Source of the DNA: Pseudomonadales bacterium
GTDB taxonomy: Bacteria > Pseudomonadota > Gammaproteobacteria > Pseudomonadales > Oceanobacteraceae
Assembly: GCA_041589295.1 (NCBI GenBank)
Contig: JBFHVZ010000001.1
Span: forward strand, 1 to 45,803
Direction: 5' to 3'
DNA: 45,803 bases
Numbering within the stretch: position 1 is the first letter of the stretch; each line of letters starts with the position of its first letter. Shown piece by piece: positions 1-8,228 of the stretch. Made by a program: the position numbers and the translations under genes. The notes beneath the pieces are model-generated. The model was not told where the DNA came from and did not search any database. It saw only the letters and a program-made list of their open reading frames with translations.

Positions 1-676
1 CTCCGACCATTTTGCCGACGTCGGGAAAATGGTCGAGTTAGGCTCCGGTAGTCAACGTGAAATCGACGATATTATGGTTACCCGTTATGCTTGCTACCTC
101 ATTGCTCAAAATGGTGACCCTCGCAAGCAGGAAATAGCGTTTGCTCAAACCTACTTTGCCATGCAAACACGCCAAGCCGAGCTTATAGAGCGGCGCCTAT
201 TGGAAGCTGAGCGTGTTCAAGCTAGGCATAAGTTATCGGCAACAGAGAAGGAACTTTCCAGTGTGATTTTTGAGCAAACTGGAGGTAACAACAATTTTGC
301 TTTAATTCGTAGTAAAGGCGACACGGCCTTATTCGGCCGCAATACCAAAGCAATGAAAGCACAGTGGCGCGTCCCAGATAGTCGTCCTCTCGCAGACTTT
401 GCCCCAACCATCATTCTTAAAGCGAAAGACTTTGCCACAGAGATCACAATACATAATGCTCGCAATCAAAATATGACTCGTGAGCAACAAATATCCAGTG
501 AGCATGTCACCAATAATCAGGCCGTGCGAGATACTTTGCTTAATCGAGGTATTCGACCGGAAAGCTTAGCGCCTGTAGAAGACGTTAAAAAAGTAGAACG
601 CCGCCTAGCATCGGCGGATAAAAAATCACTAAAGAACCCTGACACCCTTAGCTTGGAAGATGAGTCTGATAGTTAA
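1..676 (+). CDS. dinD: DNA damage-inducible protein D (5' end outside window)
   Basis: Frame is open from the window edge ([23 protein letters not shown]...). [16 protein letters not shown] and [12 protein letters not shown] are typical DinD motifs. Confidence 0.85.
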   Translation, partial: SDHFADVGKMVELGSGSQREIDDIMVTRYACYLIAQNGDPRKQEIAFAQTYFAMQTRQAELIERRLLEAERVQARHKLSATEKELSSVIFEQTGGNNNFALIRSKGDTALFGRNTKAMKAQWRVPDSRPLADFAPTIILKAKDFATEITIHNARNQNMTREQQISSEHVTNNQAVRDTLLNRGIRPESLAPVEDVKKVERRLASADKKSLKNPDTLSLEDESDS

Positions 677-721
677 ATTCTATTAATCTATTTTAGCTAA
701 GTCTGTAACGGTTGAGTAATT

Positions 722-772
722 TGTAGGAGGCTCGCCCCGAGCCGATGGTCGCGTCGGGGCAACGCTCTTACA
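722..772. repeat. GTAG-type REP doublet (inverted pair)
   Basis: TGTAGGAGGCTCGCCCCGAGCCGA (722-745) faces TCGCGTCGGGGCAACGCTCTTACA (749-772), an imperfect reverse complement, between convergent genes. Confidence 0.65.
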
Positions 773-789
773 GAGCGGAGAATTAACGA

Positions 790-1053
790 TTAGTGCTTGG
801 TGTTGGATGGCGGCGCTTCGAAGATTTTAAGCGGCTGCTCTCCTTCATCACGAACGGCTTGCCCAACAGGTGTGACTCGGGTGGTCAGTTCCTCTGCTTG
901 TGGAATCTCGTCTTTCATTACATCTAGATAGCCACAGGCCACACACTCTCGGGTTTCCTTCCCTTCTTCATTTTTGTACATCACCAGCTTATCCATCTCG
1001 CTGCACTTGGGGCAGACGGCGCCGGCAATGAAGCGCTTGGTTGCTTTGAACAT
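790..1053 (-). CDS. yheV: YheV-family putative zinc-ribbon protein
   Basis: KRFIAGAVCPKC...RECVACGY, two CxxC pairs, is the YheV signature. Confidence 0.85.
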   Translation of the reverse strand: MFKATKRFIAGAVCPKCSEMDKLVMYKNEEGKETRECVACGYLDVMKDEIPQAEELTTRVTPVGQAVRDEGEQPLKIFEAPPSNTKH

Positions 1054-1219
1054 AGCGGTCTCACTAAAAAATAAGGGGCATTATAGCGCGAGATGCAGCA
1101 GGATATATGGCGCATTTTGTGTATATATTTTGTACATGCGTACTTCTCTTCTTCATACTCGCGGCTGACTTAATCTGCTAGCATCCTTGGCGCTTTAGGC
1201 TACCCAATTAGAAAACCTC

Positions 1220-2272
1220 ATGAATGCCATTACTCGCTTTCCCGGCTGGGGAAGTGCTCAAGTTGCTGTGTTGCTGAATTTCGGCGTCGAGTGTGGTGTG
1301 TCGGCTGAGACACTGCTGGCGGGTAGTGGTATCTCTGAGTCCGAGCTGGCGTTAGCAGACCCTACTCTTACGCAAGAGTTGCGGGTGATCCGCAATTTAA
1401 TGGCAAGCAGTGACTTGCATCCGTTCGAACTGGGCTTTGAGGTCGGGCGCACTTGTGGGGTGAATACCTTTGGTTTGCTGGGGCAGGCGCTGGCGGCTTG
1501 TCACACGCCACGGCAGTTAATCGCGGTGGCAACGGAGTTTCTGAAAGGGAATCACCATTTTTTGCGTATTCATAATCAGGTGACGATTCGACGCATTCAT
1601 ACGGTGTTCGATGTGCCTGAGCACTTGGCCGAAGACGAGGGGTACTTCTTGTTGGGGCGAGATATGGGCGCGGCCATTGTCTTTCAAGACAGTGTATTGC
1701 AAGGGCGTTCTTCCACTACCGTTGAAGTTGGGTTCACTGGCCCAGAAGTACCAAGCATGGCTAAAGTGGGCGCTGCCTATGGCTGTGAAGTGAAATACCA
1801 CCAACGCGAAAACTATTTAGATAATTCATTACGCGCACTGACTCTGGTAATGCCCATGGGCAATCGCTATTTATCGAACGTGTTGGTTAAGCGCTTACGT
1901 CACTTTTTCTCTAGTCGGCCTGCAGTGGGGTCGGACGGCCAGAAAATTCACCAAGATATTGTGTTGCTGCTGGATCAGGTGGGTTATGCCGAGATGAGTA
2001 AGGAGCAGATGGCGAGCCTACTGAATATGTCGCCGCGTACCTTGTCCCGCTATTTAGAAAAAGAAGGTACGACGTGGCGTGTGTTTTACAACCGTTTGCG
2101 CATGGAAAAAGCACAGCAGTTGTTGTGTCACACGGACAGCAATTTAGAAACCATTGCCGAATCGCTGGGGTTCTCCAGTGCCAGTGCGTTTTCCAGCGCG
2201 TTTTCGCGTACGTTGGGCAAAAGCCCACAGCAGTATCGACAAAGCCAGTGTGCTGTTGCGACGCTGGATTAA
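1220..2272 (+). CDS. AraC-family transcriptional regulator (~350 aa, ligand-binding N-domain plus HTH_18)
   Basis: C-terminal double HTH (LNMSPRTLSRYL...IAESLGFSSASAFSSAFSRTLGKSPQQYR); N-terminal FGLLGQAL motif. Confidence 0.9.
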   Translation: MNAITRFPGWGSAQVAVLLNFGVECGVSAETLLAGSGISESELALADPTLTQELRVIRNLMASSDLHPFELGFEVGRTCGVNTFGLLGQALAACHTPRQLIAVATEFLKGNHHFLRIHNQVTIRRIHTVFDVPEHLAEDEGYFLLGRDMGAAIVFQDSVLQGRSSTTVEVGFTGPEVPSMAKVGAAYGCEVKYHQRENYLDNSLRALTLVMPMGNRYLSNVLVKRLRHFFSSRPAVGSDGQKIHQDIVLLLDQVGYAEMSKEQMASLLNMSPRTLSRYLEKEGTTWRVFYNRLRMEKAQQLLCHTDSNLETIAESLGFSSASAFSSAFSRTLGKSPQQYRQSQCAVATLD

Positions 2273-2293
2273 AGTGTGATGATCGTCACATTG
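2272..2293. promoter_or_regulatory. CRP/Vfr-type binding site
   Basis: TGTGA-TGATCG-TCACA at 2275-2290 matches the TGTGA-N6-TCACA core perfectly. Confidence 0.7.
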
Positions 2294-2404
2294 TCTAGCT
2301 GATGGCCTAACGGCGCATGCCGTGTCCAGTTAAAGAATTCTGCCTCTGCCGCCCTGTCTCTAACATTCAACACCTCAGAATCGGCACCGGCCGATGAAGC
2401 TCTG

Positions 2405-2424
2405 AACAATAAAAATAAAAAAAC
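2405..2424 (+). promoter_or_regulatory. A-rich Hfq/Crc (CA-motif)-like leader
   Basis: AACAATAAAAATAAAAAAAC lies directly before the RBS (AGGT) and ATG 2434, matching AANAANAA. Confidence 0.45.
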
Positions 2425-2433
2425 AGGTGTTGA

Positions 2434-4101
2434 ATGAAACTGAAAAAAACCATCCTTGCAGCTGGAGTGGCTGCAACATGTGCCCTGCCCGTTCAAAGTG
2501 CGCAAGCACTGGATATCGCAGGCTTACTCAACTTCGCCGGCGGGATTTTTAATCAAGCCTCTTTCCCAGAATCCAGTGCGTACACCACGGACGATGATCT
2601 GATTATTCAGGCGTTCGACGGGGTGGAAATCGCGGCCAATATTTTTGTGCCGACCACACTGGGTGACGGTGAGCTGGCCCCAGCTGTGATTTTTATTAAC
2701 AGCTGGGCGTTAAACGAATACGAATACCTGCAGCAAGCAGCCGAGTTGGCCGAAAAAGGCTACATCGTTTTAAGTTATTCCACTCGTGGTTATGGCACCT
2801 CAACGGGTCAAATCAATACCGGTGGTCCAAAAGACATGGACGACTTCTCGCGCGTTGTGGACTTCCTCATTGCCAATTATCCAGTTGACCCTCAAGCCAT
2901 TGGTGCGGCGGGTATTTCGTACGGCGCGGGTATTTCTTTGTTGGGTGCCGCCCACGACAGCCGAATCAAAGCGGTCTCCGCCATGAGTGGTTGGGGCAGT
3001 TTGGTGGATGCGCTTTACGGTGATTCCACACCTCGTTTGGTTTGGGGTGAAATCCTGACGCTGACGGGTGATCTCATTGGTGACCTTGATCCTATCGTGA
3101 ATCAGCACTGGGATAACCTAACCAGCCAAAACCTCAATGCCCTACCAGAAATTTACGCTTGGGCAGATGAGCGTTCGCCACTGATGAAGGTAGACCAGCT
3201 AAACGCTAACGGCACCGCAGTATACTTGGGCAAAGCGTATGGTGATGTGTTGTTCCGTCCGAACAGCATTCTGGAATTATTCAGCGCATTAGAAGGGCCT
3301 AAGTTTGTGGACCTAGAGCCTGGCACTCACGCGACTGCTGACTTGTTGCCACCATTATTAGGTTTAGAAGAAAACACACAGTGGGATCACACCTACGCTT
3401 GGTTTGACCACCATTTAAAAGGCGAAGACAACGGCATGGACACGGCGAAGCCAGTGAACATGAAAGTGAAGTTTTCAGACAGTTGGGAACAGTACGACAG
3501 CTTCCCTCTGCCTGAAGCCACGACCGAAACCTTCTATCTACATCCGCGCAGTTTGTTCGATGACGGTGACCTAGAAACCTACGGTTACAGCGGCTGGGCC
3601 ACGGACGATTCTTATCACACCCTGCTGGGCAGCATTTACGAAACGGGCTTCCCGCTGCTATCCGAAATGTTGTCGCAGCTTGTGGATGTGCCAGTGCTGA
3701 CCAATGTACCCCTTGCAGCGGACACCAACTCGGTTTACTACAAAACCGGTCGCCTTGGTGACACCATGCAGATTCGTGGTAACGGTAATGTGCGTGTGAC
3801 GCTGCAACCTCATGCAGAAGTGGCGCAAATTTATGCCTACCTGTATGACATGGACGCCAGTGGCACAGCGACGCTGATTACCCATGGTGCTTACACCTTG
3901 CCTAAGGTCGGCTACAAAGAAAAAGTTGCCGTGGATATTGAATTGGTAACCACAGCTTATGATGTGCCAGCGGGCCATCGTCTGGTGATCGGATTCGACT
4001 CGAAGGACATTGAGTACAAGTCAGTGACGAACAGTGGCTATCGTTTGGATATCGAGTTTAATCGTAACCAACAAAACGTGTTGACCGTGCCGACGCTGTA
4101 A
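2434..4101 (+). CDS. Secreted CocE/NonD-family (peptidase S15 / X-Pro dipeptidyl-peptidase-like) alpha/beta hydrolase
   Basis: Signal peptide ending AQA; YSTRGYGTSTG; nucleophile GISYGAG; C-terminal PepX_C-like domain (AYDVPAGHRL). Confidence 0.85.
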   Translation: MKLKKTILAAGVAATCALPVQSAQALDIAGLLNFAGGIFNQASFPESSAYTTDDDLIIQAFDGVEIAANIFVPTTLGDGELAPAVIFINSWALNEYEYLQQAAELAEKGYIVLSYSTRGYGTSTGQINTGGPKDMDDFSRVVDFLIANYPVDPQAIGAAGISYGAGISLLGAAHDSRIKAVSAMSGWGSLVDALYGDSTPRLVWGEILTLTGDLIGDLDPIVNQHWDNLTSQNLNALPEIYAWADERSPLMKVDQLNANGTAVYLGKAYGDVLFRPNSILELFSALEGPKFVDLEPGTHATADLLPPLLGLEENTQWDHTYAWFDHHLKGEDNGMDTAKPVNMKVKFSDSWEQYDSFPLPEATTETFYLHPRSLFDDGDLETYGYSGWATDDSYHTLLGSIYETGFPLLSEMLSQLVDVPVLTNVPLAADTNSVYYKTGRLGDTMQIRGNGNVRVTLQPHAEVAQIYAYLYDMDASGTATLITHGAYTLPKVGYKEKVAVDIELVTTAYDVPAGHRLVIGFDSKDIEYKSVTNSGYRLDIEFNRNQQNVLTVPTL

Positions 4102-4125
4102 CCCCGTTTCGGGATAAGCGTTATG

Positions 4126-4165
4126 AAAAAGCCCTTTGCTGACCCGTGTCGGCAAAGGGCTTTTT
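4126..4165. terminator. Bidirectional rho-independent terminator
   Basis: AAAAA-GCCCTTTGCTGAC ccgt GTCGGCAAAGGGC-TTTTT between convergent genes. Confidence 0.85.
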
Positions 4166-4192
4166 GTTATGCGTTAAAAAAAACCGTGTGGG

Positions 4193-6259
4193 TTAGGCGT
4201 TAATGCCGCTATGACGCAATAACGGCTCGACACTGGGTTCACGACCACGGAAGTTTTTAAACAGTTCTGCGGCATCGGCTTCGCCACCGCGGCTTAGAAT
4301 TTCGCGGTAAAAACTATCGCCCGTTTCTGCATTAAAAATCCCTTCTTCTTCAAAGCGACTAAACGCATCTGCGCTTAATACTTCGGCCCATTTGTAGCTG
4401 TAATAACCGGCGGCGTAGCCACCGGCAAAGATATGGCTAAAGCTGTGTTGAAAGCGGTTAAAGTCCGGCACTTTGACTACGGCCACCTGCTGGCGGATGT
4501 CGTTTAAAACTTGCTGAACATCTTGCGGTTGTTCTGGGTGGTAATTCAGGTGCATGGAAAAATCGAACAGCGAAAATTCCAGCTGACGCATGAGCATCAT
4601 GGCGCTTTGGAAATTTTTCGCGGCCAGCATTTTATCCAACAATGCTTTAGGAAGCGGCTCGCCAGTTTCCACATGACCACTAATGAAGGCCAAGGCTTCG
4701 GGTTCCCAACACCAGTTTTCTAAAAACTGACTGGGCAACTCTACCGCATCCCATGCGACACCATTGACACCACTGACCGCTGCGGTATTCACCTGCGTGA
4801 GCATGTGGTGAATGCCATGACCAAATTCGTGGAATAAGGTGGTGAGTTCGTCGTGGGTGAGTAATGCGGGTTGGTCGCCGACGGGCGCAGTAAAGTTACA
4901 TACCAAATAAGCGACCGGAATTTGTTGCTCGCCATTGGCTTTAGTGCGACGCACACGGCACTCGTCCATCCATGCGCCGCCGCGTTTTTTCGCGCGGGCG
5001 TAAAGGTCTAAATAAAAGCGCGCAATCAATTGCCCATCTTTCAAAATATTAAATAGCTGCGCATCTTTGTGATAGGTGGTGGCGTCGTTGGCGGGTTCTA
5101 CATCGACGTTGAACAAACGCTTCACCACTTGGAATAAACCTTTCAGTACCGTGGGGGCAGGCAGGTATTGGCGGATTTCTTCTTGGCTGACGGCATAGCG
5201 CGCTTGCTTGAGTTTTTCGCCATAGAAGGTGACGTCCCATGCGTTGAGCGCACCATTGGTTAACTCGGCGCCGTGTTCGTCACGGGCAAAGGCGATCAGT
5301 TCATCGAATTCTCGTTGTGCTTGTGGGCGGCCTTTTTCTGCTAAGTCGGTTAGAAAAGCCATAACTTGGTCTGTGCTTTCGGCCATTTTGGTGGCAATGG
5401 AATATTCAGCGTAATTGTTAAAGCCTAACAACACCGCCAGTTCGTGACGCAGCGCGAGGGTTTCGTCCATAAGTTTGGAGTTATCAAACTCGCCGGCGAG
5501 TGGACCTTGATCGGACGCGCGGGTGGCAAAGGCGGTGTACATTTCTTTGCGTAGCTCGGCGTTTTCGCAATAGGTCATGACGGGCAAGTAACAAGGAAAG
5601 TCTAACGTCAGCAACCAACCGTCAAGCGACTTGGCTTGGGCCGCTTGAGCAAAACCGGCCAGTGACGATTCAGGGATGCCCGCCAATTGTGTTTTGTCGG
5701 TAATGTGTTTTTCCCATTTGTTGGTGGCGTCCAACACGTTTTCGGAAAACTTGCTGCTGAGTTCGCTTAAGCGCGAACGAATTTCGCCGTAGCGTTTCTT
5801 TTTGTTTGCGGGCAAGTCCACACCGGCCAAGTGAAAATCACGCAGCGCGTTGTTAATGGTTTTTTGCTGTGCTGTGGTGAGCTTGGCAAATTCATCACTG
5901 TCTTTAATTTTTTGATAAGCCTGCTGTAATGCTTTGTTTTGACCCAGTTCGGTACTGTACGCCGACAACTTTGGCAAACAGGCGTTATAGGCAGCGCGTA
6001 ACGCGTCGGAATTCATCACACTGTTAAGGTGTGAAACAGGCGACCACGCTTTGCTGAGCACATCGTCCAACTCTTCCAATGGTTCCACTAACGAAGCCCA
6101 TGTCGGATTCGCCTGTTGGCTTAACGTATTGACGGCGTCGAGGTTGTCCTGCAAATGCTGTGAGATTGCCGACTCAATTTGATCCACTTGAACTTCGTCG
6201 AAGTTAGGCAGGGCTTGCGGGTTAATTAACGTAGCAGCGTTAGACGCAGAGTGAGACAT
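4193..6259 (-). CDS. prlC: Oligopeptidase A (M3 peptidase)
   Basis: HEFGH zinc motif, KRGGAWM, WDAVELPSQ, FSHIFAGGYAAGYYSYKWAEVL. Confidence 0.95.
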   Translation of the reverse strand: MSHSASNAATLINPQALPNFDEVQVDQIESAISQHLQDNLDAVNTLSQQANPTWASLVEPLEELDDVLSKAWSPVSHLNSVMNSDALRAAYNACLPKLSAYSTELGQNKALQQAYQKIKDSDEFAKLTTAQQKTINNALRDFHLAGVDLPANKKKRYGEIRSRLSELSSKFSENVLDATNKWEKHITDKTQLAGIPESSLAGFAQAAQAKSLDGWLLTLDFPCYLPVMTYCENAELRKEMYTAFATRASDQGPLAGEFDNSKLMDETLALRHELAVLLGFNNYAEYSIATKMAESTDQVMAFLTDLAEKGRPQAQREFDELIAFARDEHGAELTNGALNAWDVTFYGEKLKQARYAVSQEEIRQYLPAPTVLKGLFQVVKRLFNVDVEPANDATTYHKDAQLFNILKDGQLIARFYLDLYARAKKRGGAWMDECRVRRTKANGEQQIPVAYLVCNFTAPVGDQPALLTHDELTTLFHEFGHGIHHMLTQVNTAAVSGVNGVAWDAVELPSQFLENWCWEPEALAFISGHVETGEPLPKALLDKMLAAKNFQSAMMLMRQLEFSLFDFSMHLNYHPEQPQDVQQVLNDIRQQVAVVKVPDFNRFQHSFSHIFAGGYAAGYYSYKWAEVLSADAFSRFEEEGIFNAETGDSFYREILSRGGEADAAELFKNFRGREPSVEPLLRHSGINA

Positions 6260-6293
6260 GGGCAGAACCTAAGACAGTGTGTAAGCTCTCTTT

Positions 6294-6321
6294 ATATAGG
6301 TGCAATACGAAGGAATTCAAG
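6294..6321 (-). promoter_or_regulatory. Putative sigma-32 promoter of prlC
   Basis: Minus strand CTTGAA-N14-ACCTATAT versus consensus CTTGAA-N13/14-CCCCATNT; prlC is a sigma-32 gene in E. coli. Confidence 0.55.
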
Positions 6322-6322
6322 C

Positions 6323-6895
6323 ATGACCCATTCGATGAAAGCCAATAACAAAGCGGTTCGCGGCTTTAAAGGTGTCGAACCCAAATTGGATAAAGGCGTG
6401 TTGGTTGACCACAGCGCCGTGGTGATCGGCGACGTGACGATAGGTGAAGACACCAGTGTGTGGCCTAACACGGTGATTCGTGGTGACATGCACAGCATAA
6501 AAATTGGCAAGCGTTGTTCCATACAAGACGGCTCCGTGCTGCACATTACCCACAGCAGTGACTACAACCCTGGCGGATATCCGCTTACGCTGGGTGACGA
6601 AGTGACGGTGGGCCACATGGCCATGTTGCATGGTTGTACCATTGGCAGTCAGGTGTTGATCGGTATGCAATCCATGGTCATGGACGGCGCAGTGATCGAA
6701 GACAAAGTCGTTTTGGGTGCGGGCTCGTTGGTGCCGCCGGGTAAGGTATTAGAAAGCGGTTACATGTATGTAGGCCGCCCAGCCAAACAGGTTCGACCAT
6801 TGACGGAAAAAGAGCTGTCGTATTTTTCATACACAGCGGGTAACTATGTGAAATTGAAAAACGAACACATCGCCGAAGGCTTTAATGCGGTCTAA
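6323..6895 (+). CDS. Gamma-carbonic-anhydrase family protein (YrdA-like)
   Basis: Hexapeptide repeats; IRGD, IQDGSVLH, VGHMAMLHGC. Start moved to ATG 6323 after AAGGA. Confidence 0.9.
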   Translation: MTHSMKANNKAVRGFKGVEPKLDKGVLVDHSAVVIGDVTIGEDTSVWPNTVIRGDMHSIKIGKRCSIQDGSVLHITHSSDYNPGGYPLTLGDEVTVGHMAMLHGCTIGSQVLIGMQSMVMDGAVIEDKVVLGAGSLVPPGKVLESGYMYVGRPAKQVRPLTEKELSYFSYTAGNYVKLKNEHIAEGFNAV

Positions 6896-7045
6896 CTGCG
6901 CCTCGGTAAAACAATGTAAGACATAGGTCACAGACATTGTCTAAAAAAACGTACTGGGTAAACTCCTGCGCTGTCTCATAATGTCCGCGAACTATCAGCC
7001 GAACCGCTTTTAGAATTCGCGGTTTTTGTTCAAGGAGGAACGCCC

Positions 7046-7912
7046 ATGTCCAACGCAGCCGTAATCGTGTTTTTACTGGCCATGCTGTTGCCTTGTGCCG
7101 GTATGATTCCCGCCGGTATCCAACAGGTCCAAGCCAGTGTGCTGCCACCGCTGCTGTTAGCCAAAGAAGCAGGCAGCGAAGCCTTATCAGAAGAACATTG
7201 GGTGAGCGAAAAGCTTGATGGCATTCGCGCATACTGGAATGGCGCGCAATTGCTGACACGCTCTGGCAAACCCATTTATGCCCCGTCTTGGTTTACCCAA
7301 AATTTTCCCGCTACGCCACTAGACGGCGAACTTTGGATTGGTCGCGGTCAATTTCAGCGACTGGCGAGTATCGTGCTGGATAAGATTCCAAAAGACAGCG
7401 ATTGGCAAGATGTGGGTTACTACGTTTTTGATTTACCCCACAACGAAGAGTCATTTGAGCAGCGCCAAATTATTTTAGATAACCTCATTGCCCGCAGCCC
7501 TGTGGAGCACCTGCATTATGTTCGTCAGCAGTTGGTTAATGAGCAAAGCGAAATAGAAGCCATGCTAGCCAATGTGGTGGCTGGCGGTGGCGAAGGCTTG
7601 ATGTTGCGTCAGCCGTACAGTTTTTACGAAGCCGGCCGGTCCACTACGTTGAAAAAACTTAAACCCAAGTTGGATGCTGAAGCCGTTGTGTTGGGATATG
7701 TACCAGGTAAAGGGCGTTACCGTGGCCTAATGGGCAGCATCTTAGTGAAAAACGAAGATGGCATGGAATTCAAAATCGGTACTGGTTTCACTAATCTAGA
7801 TCGCGCGAACCCGCCGGCTATTGGCAGCACCATCACCTATCACTTTCAAGGGTATACCGACAGTGGCATCCCGCGCTTTGCTAGTTTCTTTCGTCAGAAA
7901 ATTGCGGAGTGA
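7046..7912 (+). CDS. Minimal ATP-dependent DNA ligase with N-terminal signal (LigE type)
   Basis: SEKLDGIRAYW (motif I), LDGELW, GEGLML, C-terminal OB domain (FKIGTGF...GIPRF); hydrophobic N-terminus; AAGGAGG RBS. Confidence 0.9.
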   Translation: MSNAAVIVFLLAMLLPCAGMIPAGIQQVQASVLPPLLLAKEAGSEALSEEHWVSEKLDGIRAYWNGAQLLTRSGKPIYAPSWFTQNFPATPLDGELWIGRGQFQRLASIVLDKIPKDSDWQDVGYYVFDLPHNEESFEQRQIILDNLIARSPVEHLHYVRQQLVNEQSEIEAMLANVVAGGGEGLMLRQPYSFYEAGRSTTLKKLKPKLDAEAVVLGYVPGKGRYRGLMGSILVKNEDGMEFKIGTGFTNLDRANPPAIGSTITYHFQGYTDSGIPRFASFFRQKIAE

Positions 7913-7914
7913 AT

Positions 7915-7970
7915 GAGAGTCTGGGGTCGGACGTCAGCGGTCGGGAGACGTTTGACGGAAAACAGGAGAC
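7915..7970 (+). repeat. Degenerate heptamer tandem array
   Basis: GAGAGTC TGGGGTC GGACGTC AGCGGTC GGGAGAC GTTTGAC GGAAAAC AGGAGAC (8 x 7 nt). Confidence 0.55.
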
Positions 7971-7973
7971 GCA

Positions 7974-7999
7974 TGTAGGAGTCGACGCGTCGTCGCGAT
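7974..7999 (+). repeat. Single GTAG-type REP-like unit
   Basis: TGTAGGAG followed by palindromic TCGACGCGTCGTCGCGAT; same head as the unit at 722. Confidence 0.45.
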
Positions 8000-8101
8000 C
8001 ACCTAAGCTGTGATGCGAACAACATAGAGCGATGGTGAATGCATTTTGCTAGCTGCTACGGGCTTGCCAAAGTTCGCCCTGAAACGAGATTCAAAATACA
8101 G

Positions 8102-8228
8102 CTAGAAGCGTAATGAGCGACTCAAGTTCAAGGCAAGGTCTCAAGCGAAATACGGAGTTTATGCAGTTATAAATGAGTAATTTCGCTTGAGGCCTTAACG
8201 CAGAAATTGTGAGCGCAATAGCTTCTAG
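8102..8228. mobile_element. ~127-bp ERIC/IRU-like MITE
   Basis: Terminal IR CTAGAAGC/GCTTCTAG; internal stem AAGGTCTCAAGCGAAAT/ATTTCGCTTGAGGCCTT; ERIC-like words AAGGCAAGG, GGAGTTTA..TAAATGA and AACGCAG; TA at both ends. Confidence 0.6.

Noticed and set aside
1-720. Genomic-island boundary at the AT-richer dinD
   Set aside because: No integrase, tRNA or att repeat visible; the upstream context is outside the window.
7913-8224. Spot 42 (spf) sRNA downstream of polA
   Set aside because: No GTAGGGTACAGAGGTAAG-like 5' end or spf terminator; the space is filled by repeats.
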